In this document: in pieces, positions 53,440 to 64,000 of the stretch | Position numbering within the stretch: the stretch's first letter is position 1 | Layout: every line of letters begins with the position of its first letter | Origin: Eledone cirrhosa | Lineage: Eukaryota | NCBI GenBank assembly: GCA_964016885.1 | Contig: OZ024743.1 | Location: 360,654,001 to 360,718,000, forward strand | Direction: 5' to 3' | Length of the DNA stretch: 64,000 nucleotides | Position numbers and translations under genes: made by a program | The notes under the pieces: model-generated | What the model was told of the DNA's origin: nothing | Seen by the model: the letters and a program-made list of their open reading frames with translations, nothing else | The model's database searches: none

Positions 53440-54298
53440 ATCATTAGCTGAATGTTCGACTGATTCCAAGTGTGCTAGACATGAACAGCCTCAGAGTTTG
53501 GCAGATTGTCACCGTAGATTTCGTGCGGAAGACAAGATTGAAGATCTTGCCGAAGCTGCTGAACGAGGACCAGAAAGAGCGGATTATTCTGTTGTGTCAA
53601 GTAGTCCTCGATCAACTTGAAATCGAACTGGACTTGCAGGGAACAGTCATCACATGTGATGAGTCATGAATCCGCGAGTATAATTCAAAGACCAAGCGCA
53701 AGTGTGCCTTTAGTGGACTAGTCCGATGTCGCCGAGAGCAAAGAAAGCATGATAGTCGAAGTCCAAAGTCAACCTCATGTTGATTGCGTTCTTCGATGTG
53801 AGGGGCATCGTCTACATAGAGTTCTTGCGACATGTCCAGAAGATCAACCAGCATGTCTATGAAGTCATCCAGCGGTGATTGCTTCATCACATGCGCGGAA
53901 AATGTCGAGAGTTGTGATAAGGCAGCTCGAGGCTGCATCACAATGTGCCGGTTTACAACGCCCTAAGCATCCGGCTGTTTATGGTCGATAAGTACATCAC
54001 CGTGCTGAAGCAACCTCTCTACTCATCCGTCCTGGTTCCGTGAGATATTTTCCTGCTCCTCAACTTCAAGGGGACCGATTTTTCGGATATTAAAGCCATT
54101 AAGGGGGCCGTGACGGCGAAAATGCAGAGAATCCTGAGAGAATCCTTCCAGGAATGCATAGATGCGGGGCAGAGAAGGATGGGAAAGTGTGTTAGATTCG
54201 CGGGGATACTTTCTAAAGGAAAAACTTAATGTTTGTAGTTTGGTATTCAAAATATGTTTTGGAAAACCAGCCGATCTTCCTTTCTGACACACGTCGTA
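53440..54298 (+). mobile_element. Decayed mariner transposase with 3' TIR
   Basis: PKLLNEDQK, VITCDES, HHNVP and YSSVLVP-D motifs; ends ctgacacacgtcgTA. Confidence 0.8.
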
Positions 54299-54344
54299 GT
54301 CATACGCCAACAATAAATAAGACAAACACGGTGATGCAAAAACA

Positions 54345-55413
54345 CAAATTTTTATTAGTTTCATGAAATTTTGCGCCCTGGAAGTAGTTTTCTTTAAACG
54401 AGTCGAGGACCTTCTGCGACTCACTCTGGATCTTTGCAACGGTTGCGGAAGCGTTACAATGTTTTTTCTGGTGACAAACTCACGAGTGAGGAGAGCTAGA
54501 TGACAGGGTGCATTGTCGTCGTGAAGAATCCAATACCTAGCACTCTACAGATCCGTTCGCTTTCAACGAACGTCCTTCTTCAAACTTCTCAAAACGTTCC
54601 AGTAGAACTCTCGATTGACGGTACGTACCTGCGTGACGAATTCTCGATGCACAAAACTGGGGATGTCGTAAAAAAAGAACAAGAGGATGCTCTCCATTGA
54701 GTTGCGGCTCTGCCATACATTCTTTGATCGTAGAGATGAAAGGTTTTACTACTGTGTCGAATACTGCTCGTCTCATTGATCCAACTCTCGTCACCGGAAG
54801 GATGGATCATCAGCGGCACGCTAACGCAGATCTTGACAGACTTCGAAGTGATGTTCTTTCTGCTCAGTGGTTAGCAGTCGGGGGTAAAACTTGGGAGCGA
54901 CATATCGCATGTTCAATTCCGACGTTAGGATTGCCTGCGCAGACCCATGTGAAAAACAACAACATCAATAATAGGGGTGATTTTCCTCCTACAATCTTCA
55001 AGCACAAGCTGATTAATTTTCTCCATAATTCTGGATGTGATCACTCGTCATTTTTCAGGAACGTTCTTACCCTTTAGAAGCACTCGTGCCACTCAAAACA
55101 TTGTGTACGACCCATTGTTTTGTTGCCAAAAGCTTGCCAAGGTATGCTCAATATCTCTGTAGCAGACATTCCTAGTTAAGTTTAATGTTGGCCCTTTGTT
55201 CCGAGTTCTTATTTATGATAAAATCGCAGACTACAGCATACACGTAATCACAAAGACACAACATTTCACAACTTGCGAAGTGAACGCAGCAATGTCACTC
55301 ACCACACTAGTGAATTATGTTCACTGCTAGCTCTCATTGCGTGCGCAACCGAGCGTTGCCATCTATTGGTGCACTAGAGAACTAGTCTTGCAACGTTTTG
55401 ATAACACCTCGTA
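54345..55413 (-). mobile_element. Decayed mariner (5' TIR + transposase), convergent with the previous one
   Basis: TAcgaggtgttatcaaaa TIR; SGDESWI; WILHDDNAPCH. Confidence 0.82.
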
Positions 55414-55844
55414 TATATATATATATATATATATATAGTAATAATAATAAAATTGAAGACTAAAATCCAAAGAGGGCTCGATAAGGATAAATATATATCA
55501 AATATATAAGAAGCGTAGAGCAAATATTTATTAAATAACAGATTAAAGTTTAAGCAAAGAATCGCTGCTTTCACCCTTAACGGGATCTTCTGAAACTAAC
55601 AAAGTCAATCTGTAAACGCAGAACTGGATATTTCAAGAAACGTTGTAACCGGAGGAAGACAGGAAGACGATACTTTGGTTCGTGTAAACGTTCACTGGCA
55701 AAGAACGGGAAAAAACGAATATAATACATCATTAATAGGAGCGGTGAAAAACAATTACGCGCAAAGACAGAACCAGGTTTATGGTATAAAAGAGGTCGTA
55801 GACTAATGTTCTCTTAGGTGGTGCATAGAGACGTTCTCTGGCAA

Positions 55845-55877
<33 letters not shown>

Positions 55878-55880
<3 letters not shown>

Positions 55881-56175
55881 CTGGTCAAATTCCCGAGATC
55901 TATGGACGAGTTCTCTCTAGCGGTCTCTGTCCCCTCTTCATCGCTCCCAGAGCCTAGTGTCTGTCCTTATGGCATCAATATATGTTATCCTCAGCCGCCA
56001 CCCTTCTAGTGTGCCCGTAGAGGGTTTCTCGCAGGACCACTGAGTTCAGTGTCAACCCTGAATGTCGGTGACCATTTTTAACTAACCTCAGTTCAGAGCC
56101 ATCCTCGTTATTCTCGTGTAGTATCCATCCACCATCTGAGTGGGTCTCTTGGTCAGTGTCCAAGTCTCAGACTCG

Positions 56176-56176
<1 letters not shown>
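55878..56176 (-). mobile_element. RTE/RTEX LINE 3' fragment
   Basis: ETWTLTKRLTQMVDGYYTRITRMALN; inserted in (TA)n. Confidence 0.65.
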
Positions 56177-56206
<30 letters not shown>

Positions 56207-56210
<4 letters not shown>

Positions 56211-56940
56211 AGATTTGAATGGATACAGTTTAGTTGAAAGGAATTTATTGACACGTGTTTCTATAACAGTTACGTAACCTAAAACAGCTGCTATCTACAA
56301 ACTTTTAGTTATGCAGACATTCAATATTTCAATGTTATTATTTACTGTCATTTCATCAGAATAATATTACTGAGGACCTATTTAGTTTTTATAGAGAATA
56401 TTAGGAGGGAGGGGTGAAGTTGTTAGAAGAATAGTTGAAGGAGTGGTTTTTCGATAGAAGTGAGAATTCTTGGTGGCAGTGAGTAATTAGATTCCCATCT
56501 GTTGTTTTGACATTTTTTATAGAATATATTATTGGTTATTTTTCTAAATCTATAGAAGGATTAGAGATAGTAAAGATATGCGTGGTTGGTTTTGTGTTTG
56601 CACTTAATTAACATTCAGACTTAAATTTTTCTTTCAAGTGTAAGTATCCTTTCACACAAGCATTCACACACAAATATATTTGCGCACCTCTACAAAATAC
56701 ATATACTCACAATTCACATATTCATACTTACATATATATACACATGCATACACATATATATACACACATGTATTCATGTACATACATACGCGCTCATGTG
56801 TATACATTTTCATACTCAACTTATCTTTATATACACACGTATAGACACACACATATATACATACATACTCTAGTCCATGTGTACACACATACACATACAT
56901 ACACATCTATATACACATACATACATACACACATATACAT

Positions 56941-57039
<99 letters not shown>

Positions 57040-57470
57040 CACTTTAATACATGAATACACTTACATCTAACTATACACATCAAACATATATATATATTTA
57101 CTTATTTATATACATTTTCACATATATATACATACTTATGGACGTTTTTAGACACATTCATTATCGCATATTTGCACCTATTATCATCAGCATATCTTTC
57201 CATTATTAGTGTGGTAATTTAAGGTTATTAATATATGTTGAGAAGAGATTGTTTTTATATTTTTCTAACTAGATTAAGGTTTATATAGTTGGGGGATGTC
57301 CCTCTTTTATGTAATATTCGGCTTGTAGTGGGAAAAAAAGGGTTTTAGTTCTGTGACGGCAGAATAATGTTCGTTCAATTCTGTTATTCAACTGGAACCG
57401 TCGAGCAAACTCTACGTGAGCTGATAATCTACTGTGTGTAATATTTATATTACAACACAACGAAAAATAC
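56207..57470 (-). mobile_element. PLE 3' relic (ORF terminus + UTR + pLTR)
   Basis: [13 protein letters not shown] terminus near 57350-57390; HHR near the 3' end. Confidence 0.6.
56245..56364 (-). ncRNA. Hammerhead ribozyme with long stem II insertion
   Basis: ttatt-CUGAUGA-aAUGACAGU..(about 70 nt)..ACUGUUAUa-GAAAC-ACGU-GUC-aataa. Confidence 0.62.
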
Positions 57471-57471
57471 C

Positions 57472-57556
<85 letters not shown>

Positions 57557-57564
57557 ATATAATC

Positions 57565-58027
57565 TAAGTATGTATGTATACGTACATACATATATGTATA
57601 CAGACGTACAGTAGCATGCATATATATATATATATATATATATACATACAGGTACACATACATATATGTACGTATCAGTTTAGCGGACGCTTATTATAAC
57701 GCCCGCTTTGTTCGTTTGTAAACAACGTAAATGTGTCACTGTTGAACAAAAAGGTGACGTGGTTGCCTCAACACCGTACGGCATAAATTCAGGCTGTTCA
57801 GTTTGTTTACAAACGAACTAAGCGGGCGTTATAATAATCGTCCGCTAAACTGATACGTACATATATGTATGTGTACCTGCATGTATATATATATATATAT
57901 ATATATATATGCATGCTACTGTACGTCTGTATACATATATGTATGTACGTATACATACATACTTACATTTAAGTAAGTGCCGTACTAAGAGTGATAAATG
58001 AAATTTCGTTTTCATTTTATTACAACT
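57565..58027 (+). mobile_element. Palindromic dispersed copy of the 466-bp family, truncated before the HHR
   Basis: 57565-57725 in array orientation; about 57735-58027 opposite, ending ttttattacaact as at 15148. Confidence 0.85.
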
Positions 58028-58037
58028 TATAATATAA

Positions 58038-58698
58038 TCTATATATTTAAAACAGAGAATGTCTGTCTGTCTGTCTCTCCCTCTGAAACTCGAGAACCAC
58101 CCAACCTATTCTTTTCAAACTTTGCATTACGTATGTCGTTTAAAGTATTTTGAGCAAAAAAGATTTTCTCATTTTTTGCCCCAGGGACCGCATTAGGCGA
58201 AACCGATTTTTTGAAGCATTTTGGTTGCGTTAGGGCCTGTAACTCGAGAAGTACCCAACCTATTTTTTTTTAACTTTGCATATGCACACAGATTTCAAAC
58301 TTTTGCCTGGTGACGGCATTGCTTAGCATTTTGGTTCCGTTAGGGCCTGTAACCTTAACAGTATCCTTCATGCTCTCCACCACTTCAGTCCCACATGGTT
58401 ACTGCTCTGTAACTATTGATTTCATTGTACCATAGCACAACAAATACATGTTCGGTTTGTCGAATACCTTTTTACTTAACCATATCGTCTTGGCTTTCGT
58501 GGGTTGAACATTTTACTCTGAGGAACCCAATTAAGTTAAACCCCTGGTAATCTCTGACGAATTTTTTTTATAAGCACAAACTGTAGACACCATTCCCAGG
58601 CCGAGGTATTTCGTACTTCTCTGTACTGTTTCAGAAATGAGGAATAAACATGCCAACTTATGTTTAGAATCCCGAGCAACGCCGGGCCATTCTGCTAG
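58038..58698 (+). mobile_element. Non-autonomous Helitron-like element
   Basis: A|TCTATATATTTAAAA start, (GTCT)n, 3' hairpin CCCG..CGGG, then CTAG|T. Confidence 0.78.
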
Positions 58699-58803
58699 TA
58701 CAATATAAAAGAAAGATGTTTATTGGCTGGCTGGTTGATTGGTTGGTTGAATCACATGAAAACTACACACACACACACACAAAGATATACACACTCAAAC
58801 ACA

Positions 58804-58859
<56 letters not shown>

Positions 58860-59014
58860 TACATACACACTCATCTAAAGAGAGAAACACAGCGGGAGAG
58901 TCAGAAAGAGAGAGATAGGCCGTTATTCAGAGAGAGATACAATTAAAGTGTTAGATATTCAGACAGAGAGAGTGAGAAAGAGAGGGAGAGAGAGAGAGTA
59001 ATGTCCCACGAAAG

Positions 59015-59524
59015 TCTATAAACGGCTTAAACTATAGATCCTTTTATCTATAGAATGGTTTAACAATATTGCGTTAGCTTTTATAATTTCGTTTTACAGT
59101 CTTTGAATTTACAGAACAAAGAAAATAGATACTATTTGAAATTAATCTACTCCCCAGCTTTTATCCATATACTTACAGACCGTACTAACGAAGCTAAACA
59201 CTTCAGAAGCAATGTATGCGGTATATTGCTGTGTTTCAAATGACGTCCTTTGGAGCTGAACAAGATCATTCTGACTATGGCTATTTCCCAACATTTAAAA
59301 TCCAAGGCCAATGCTACCATTTAATCGGCAGTTTACTCCGCCCAGCCTATTAAGGAAGTTTTATGATTGTTTTTTTAATGTCTCTCTCTCTCACACAAAA
59401 AAACCCACACACACACACATTACGTTTTCGCCTCATACCAGACAACACACCCAATACATTCGTTTTCTCTTTTATCCGTCTCCTGGTAAATGTTCTCCCG
59501 GGCGAAGCCGTGTACCTCAGCTAG
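59015..59524 (+). mobile_element. Second Helitron-like relic (start uncertain)
   Basis: 3' cccgggcgaagccgtg hairpin followed by CTAG|T. Confidence 0.55.
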
Positions 59525-61249
59525 TATATACATATATTAGAACTTCATTTGTATTCATTCTATGGAACATTCTTCGAGTTTACATATTATACATCTATTC
59601 TGATTATATTCGTGCAATATCGCAAAATTTAATTCGTGTGTTAATCAGGATTTGATTCTTGCTGAATCCAGTACTTAAGAAATTCTTAATGCAACACACT
59701 TGAAATTCTTTGTAAAGGTTACAACGTCGCTAAAATGTATGCAATTATTATAATCCGATGATTACATAAATACATATCTACGTTGTGAGTTTTTCCGATT
59801 AATTATCCCATACCCGTATTTTGCCCTATATGAGATCATCGATACGTAGCAGAACATTAATCGATAACGGTATTATCATCTCTTTTTAACTACAAACTCT
59901 CCCAATACTTGCTAAATGATATAAATATTTATCCATGAAGGAAAATAAAATTCGGATTTTCTTTAATTACGCAACAAAAGACTAGCCTGATATATACATA
60001 TAAATGGACTATTATTGCCATTATAAGTTGTTTTAAAACCTATGTCTACCATCCAAAGTCAGTATTCATGAAAGTGGCATAGACATTTTATTCTATTTTT
60101 ATTTATAGACCTTTGCCCTTTGATTTTCTTTCTAGAACATTAGTGGCATTATGTCTGCTATTAATCTTAGTATAAAGCTAAATTTCATTAAGCAACATTC
60201 CGTGGTGTCGAAATAAATAATGCTTGGAAAATACCGTATAAATATTGTACTCTATTAGTTACGTTCATAATTGTTTTATTCGCAGTGTCATTGGCTATAT
60301 GTGAGATCAGATCGATAAATGAAGGTCATCGTCTTTTAATTTGATGTACCAAAATATTAATGGCCGAATATTAATTTTAGTGTTGTTACATTTTCAAGTT
60401 TTAGTATGCTAAAGAAAACGTACCAACATCGATTAAAATATCATCACAGGAGATCACCAACAAAAAGGAAGTAGATCGTTGTAGGTGTAATTATGTTACA
60501 CCATGTGGGATAAATTCTCGATAAAGCTATCAACTGTTATGAACACAAATTATATATATGAAATGATATATATAGATAATGAAGTCAGTCAACCATGTTG
60601 GTGGTAGTCAACCTTTTTGGTACAAAGGGGCGAATTATCCTTTGAAATACTGAGCCGTATACGTAAAAGGTGTCACCATTAGTCTCTGAATGCGATCCAG
60701 TCTCTAATTCTGCCACTTAATATTTAAAGGTTCTACTATAATTTGAAAAGCAAAGAAAGGAAAAAGTCTATAATTAGATCAGACCAAGCTAACTGTATTT
60801 CCACTGGTCTTTCCATTGCTGCTTCTGTCCGTTAATCAAAACAAATGGCAGAAATGGCGCCGCTCGTCTGCTGGCAAAGGCGGAATGTAGACGCAAAACG
60901 CACACAGCTGAACATATACAGTATTACTTTTCACGAAATGATTTAAATCTTCCGACAATCAAGTGGTCATGAGCTAGTTCTTTGTTTTTCAACCTCAACT
61001 GAGTGATACTTAATATCATCTTTGGTGGGAAATGGACTCGGGACGTAAAATGCGATTCAAATGCAGAAGTATTCATTTCTACGTTCAATAGACTGCCGAT
61101 TCGTTGCCGATAAATATGGCGAAGATTCCAAATCAAATCAAATTTAATCTCCTTTCATATAAATACTCTCTATGTGGAAATATAATATTTATGCCAAAAA
61201 ATGATTTCTAAGTGTTGGGAGGGAAATGTTAATTGTATCAACTCTTACT

Positions 61250-61780
61250 TTTTTGTATCCACCACAACAGGAAGAAAAGCAAAGTTGACCAAGATGAGAT
61301 TTGATCTCAGAATTTAGTGCTGGACCAAATATCCAAGTCATTAAATCGACGACGATTACACCTATTCAGAACTCTTGCATTAATTCTAAAAAATAATTCA
61401 TAATTAAAGAACAAGGTCAGCAATTTTAGGAGAACGTTCAGTATTCCAGCCTCAGTACTTACCCGATGCTTTATTTATCGAACATGGAGGGATTTTTTCA
61501 GAATGTAAACTTTTGGAATAAATATTCCAAATCATTTGTTCGACAACCCAACGATTTTGACAATATACCGCACATTTTTATATATGCAATAACATTTTTT
61601 TGTTATGTTTATGCATAATGGTGGTTTCTGATTTACTCACATGTCAGCAGTTTTAATGGAGGGGAATGTCGATTAAATCTACTTTAGTACGAGACTGTTA
61701 CTTTATTTTAGCGATGCCGAAGAATGAAAGCTGAATTTCTCTGGGCGAGATTTGAACAAAGCAGATAAACATCCGTAACT
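61250..61780 (-). mobile_element. Cluster of old SINE relics
   Basis: Degenerate aaagcaaagttgacc..atttga.ctcaga and caaggtcagcaatttt motifs. Confidence 0.5.
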
Positions 61781-61833
61781 AATTGCAGAAACACAAAGCA
61801 TTTCTGCAACACATTATATTTATGTGTAATAAT

Positions 61834-62014
61834 AGGGCGGTGGATTGGCAGTATCGGTAGAGGATCGGACGCCATGCTTTCCAGCATAGTTATGTCCCTT
61901 TACGATCTGAGTTCAAATCCCGCCGAGGTTGACTTTGCCTTTCATCCTTACGGGGTCGATAAAGTACCAGTAATGCACTGGGTAATTACTGGCCTTGTGC
62001 CTAAAGTAGAAACA
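61834..62014 (+). mobile_element. Full-length tRNA-derived SINE with 21-bp TSD
   Basis: A box TGGCAGTATCGG, B box GTTCAAATCC; attatatttatgtgtaataat at 61813-61833 and 62015-62035. Confidence 0.9.
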
Positions 62015-62030
62015 ATTATATTTATGTGTA

Positions 62031-62208
62031 ATAATTGTTTCTACTTTTGGCACAAGGCCAGCAATTATCCCAGTTCATTACTGGTACTTTATTTTATCGA
62101 CCCCGTAAGGATGAAAGGCAAAGTGAACCTCGGCGGGATTTGGACTCAGATTATAAAGGGGCGTAACTCTATGTGGCAAAGCATGGCGTCCGACCTTCTA
62201 ACGATACT
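62031..62208 (-). mobile_element. SINE, tail-to-tail with the previous copy
   Basis: Reverse complement of the same family. Confidence 0.88.
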
Positions 62209-62544
62209 GTATAATAATGTAAAAGAATTCTAACTTCGTTGAAGCTATTGTGCCCATCGATTACCCTTTCTCTTACCAAACATTGTGGTCTTAAACATTC
62301 TAAAATTACTGTTTTAATTAAGGAGCGAAAGTAACATACATTTCTTAAACCTACTCAGGAACTGCTAAACAAACAATACAAAAATAATTGAAGCAGTACT
62401 AAATAGAAGAGTAGAATATGATAGTGGTTGAGCAAATCTTCATGGACATTAAGATATAATATAAAGTAGAAGATACACACACACACCTACATATGTATAA
62501 TATATATATATATATATGTATACACACACATACAGACACACATA

Positions 62545-62587
<43 letters not shown>

Positions 62588-62605
62588 ACACACATACACA
62601 CACAT

Positions 62606-62639
<34 letters not shown>

Positions 62640-64000
62640 GTATATGTGTGTATTAAAAATTACAAATGACTAAAAGTCTAGAATGTATATATCGGAATAA
62701 AGCTAATGTTTCATTCAGAATTCTGTCTTAAAAGATTTACTGATTCGGTATGAATTGGATAAGATTCATTCAATTTTCGACCACAATGTTCAGTGTTGGG
62801 TAGCTGTCATTTATTCTTTAAAACATGTTAGAAGCTGAAGGCACATATTTTTCACATTATAGTAAAACTGATCACTTTGAATATATCTAGTAGGCTTTAT
62901 ATTTTTATACGTATTGTTTAGCTTTTTAGTCACTAAATGTTTTTATAATATTGTCAAAATGCTTTCAAAACTGTCTGAATTTAAATTCAAATATGCAAAC
63001 GAATCTACGCCAGATAAACAAAGGTAATATATAATTTACTTTCTTCTCAATTTATTAATACTTCATAGAAGTACATGTACATATGTATGATATTCTAGAT
63101 TTAATATTTTATAAATTGTCACCAATACAGTAAGATAGTGCTGGCGTCTAACACAAAAAAGACGATTCCATTGGAATTTAGATATCTACTAGGTAAATAC
63201 GTATATATGTATGTGAGTACGTATGTGCAAGTACGGATCCTATTGCATGTGTGTATCTATATGTTTTGAGTTATACGTGTACACATATACATGTTTCTGT
63301 CTCTATACATGTGTATAGAATTCCAGAGAGTTCTCATTGAGAACAACTACCATATTATTCTCCTCAAACAAAGAAATGCCAAGTAAAAAGTATTTAAAAT
63401 AATAATGAGGACACGCACTCATTTCAATGAGAAAACGATTGCTGCCAACTGTTTTGCGTACAACCATATGCGCTATCTTCATGACTGTCCCATTAGTAAC
63501 ACAAAGTTTACATAAAAGCATATGTTGTCTACAAAGTCACATGTAAAAATGTAGCTCCTCGGCAGTACCGACATGATGCTTTACATACGGGTCAAGGAGC
63601 GAATAAAAACGACAGCACCTTTTGTGAAACACATTTTGACAGAAGCCGCAGCCGGGAATTTGAGGTTACCATTGAGGCTTCGGAAAGGAATTTGAGGTCA
63701 CCATTGAGGGAAATTTGAGAATCAAAGAGGTCATTATCATACAGAAGTATAAGTCACAAATAGGATGGAAATGGATGAAGCGGATTAATTACTATAATGG
63801 CTTCAATCATGCGTATATTAGACACTTAGACCAGTTAGGGTTAAACATATCGATCATTAGGTGTTTTTTTTTAAACCTTTATTGTTTTATATTTGTAAAG
63901 GGTATTGGAGCTGAAATATCATTTTGAACTATATTGAATAAAACATTAATGTTTTTGTTTTATTTGTTACACTTTCACTTTTATATATGTTTACCACAGA

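Noticed and set aside
55555-55600. HHR-like CAGAAGA-uCCC..GGGu-GAAA on the minus strand
   Set aside because: Core mutated, and stems I and III not convincingly paired
60780-60925. GC-richer island with E-box-like motifs as an enhancer
   Set aside because: Needs cross-species conservation or chromatin data; motifs too short
61834-61930. tRNA gene
   Set aside because: A and B boxes belong to a SINE head; no intact cloverleaf
63303-63600. Possible host exon or ORF
   Set aside because: No recognisable domain or convincing splice structure

Overview
AT-rich, repeat-saturated eukaryotic DNA. It is most likely an octopod cephalopod, inferred from the tRNA-derived SINE family and the very long (TA)n tracts. 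No host gene is supportable. The window is a nest of retroelements: Tx1/L1-like, R4/Dong, RTE, CRE-like, many Penelope-like elements (PLEs) and SINEs, plus mariner, Helitron-like and MITE relics. One PLE (40056-45395) looks intact, with an 897-aa RT + GIY-YIG ORF, direct and inverted pseudo-LTRs and hammerhead ribozymes (HHRs). The main discovery is a non-coding array of about 9.5 copies of a 466/468-bp unit (19321-23868). Every full unit carries a minus-strand minimal type I HHR with a palindromic stem III, and the array ends in a PLE-style inversion, which suggests a retrozyme-like, possibly circRNA-producing, non-autonomous family. Several other non-canonical HHRs (U3-A8 covariant core, very long stem II insert) mark further PLE-related families. 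All folds were derived by eye and need computational and biochemical confirmation.
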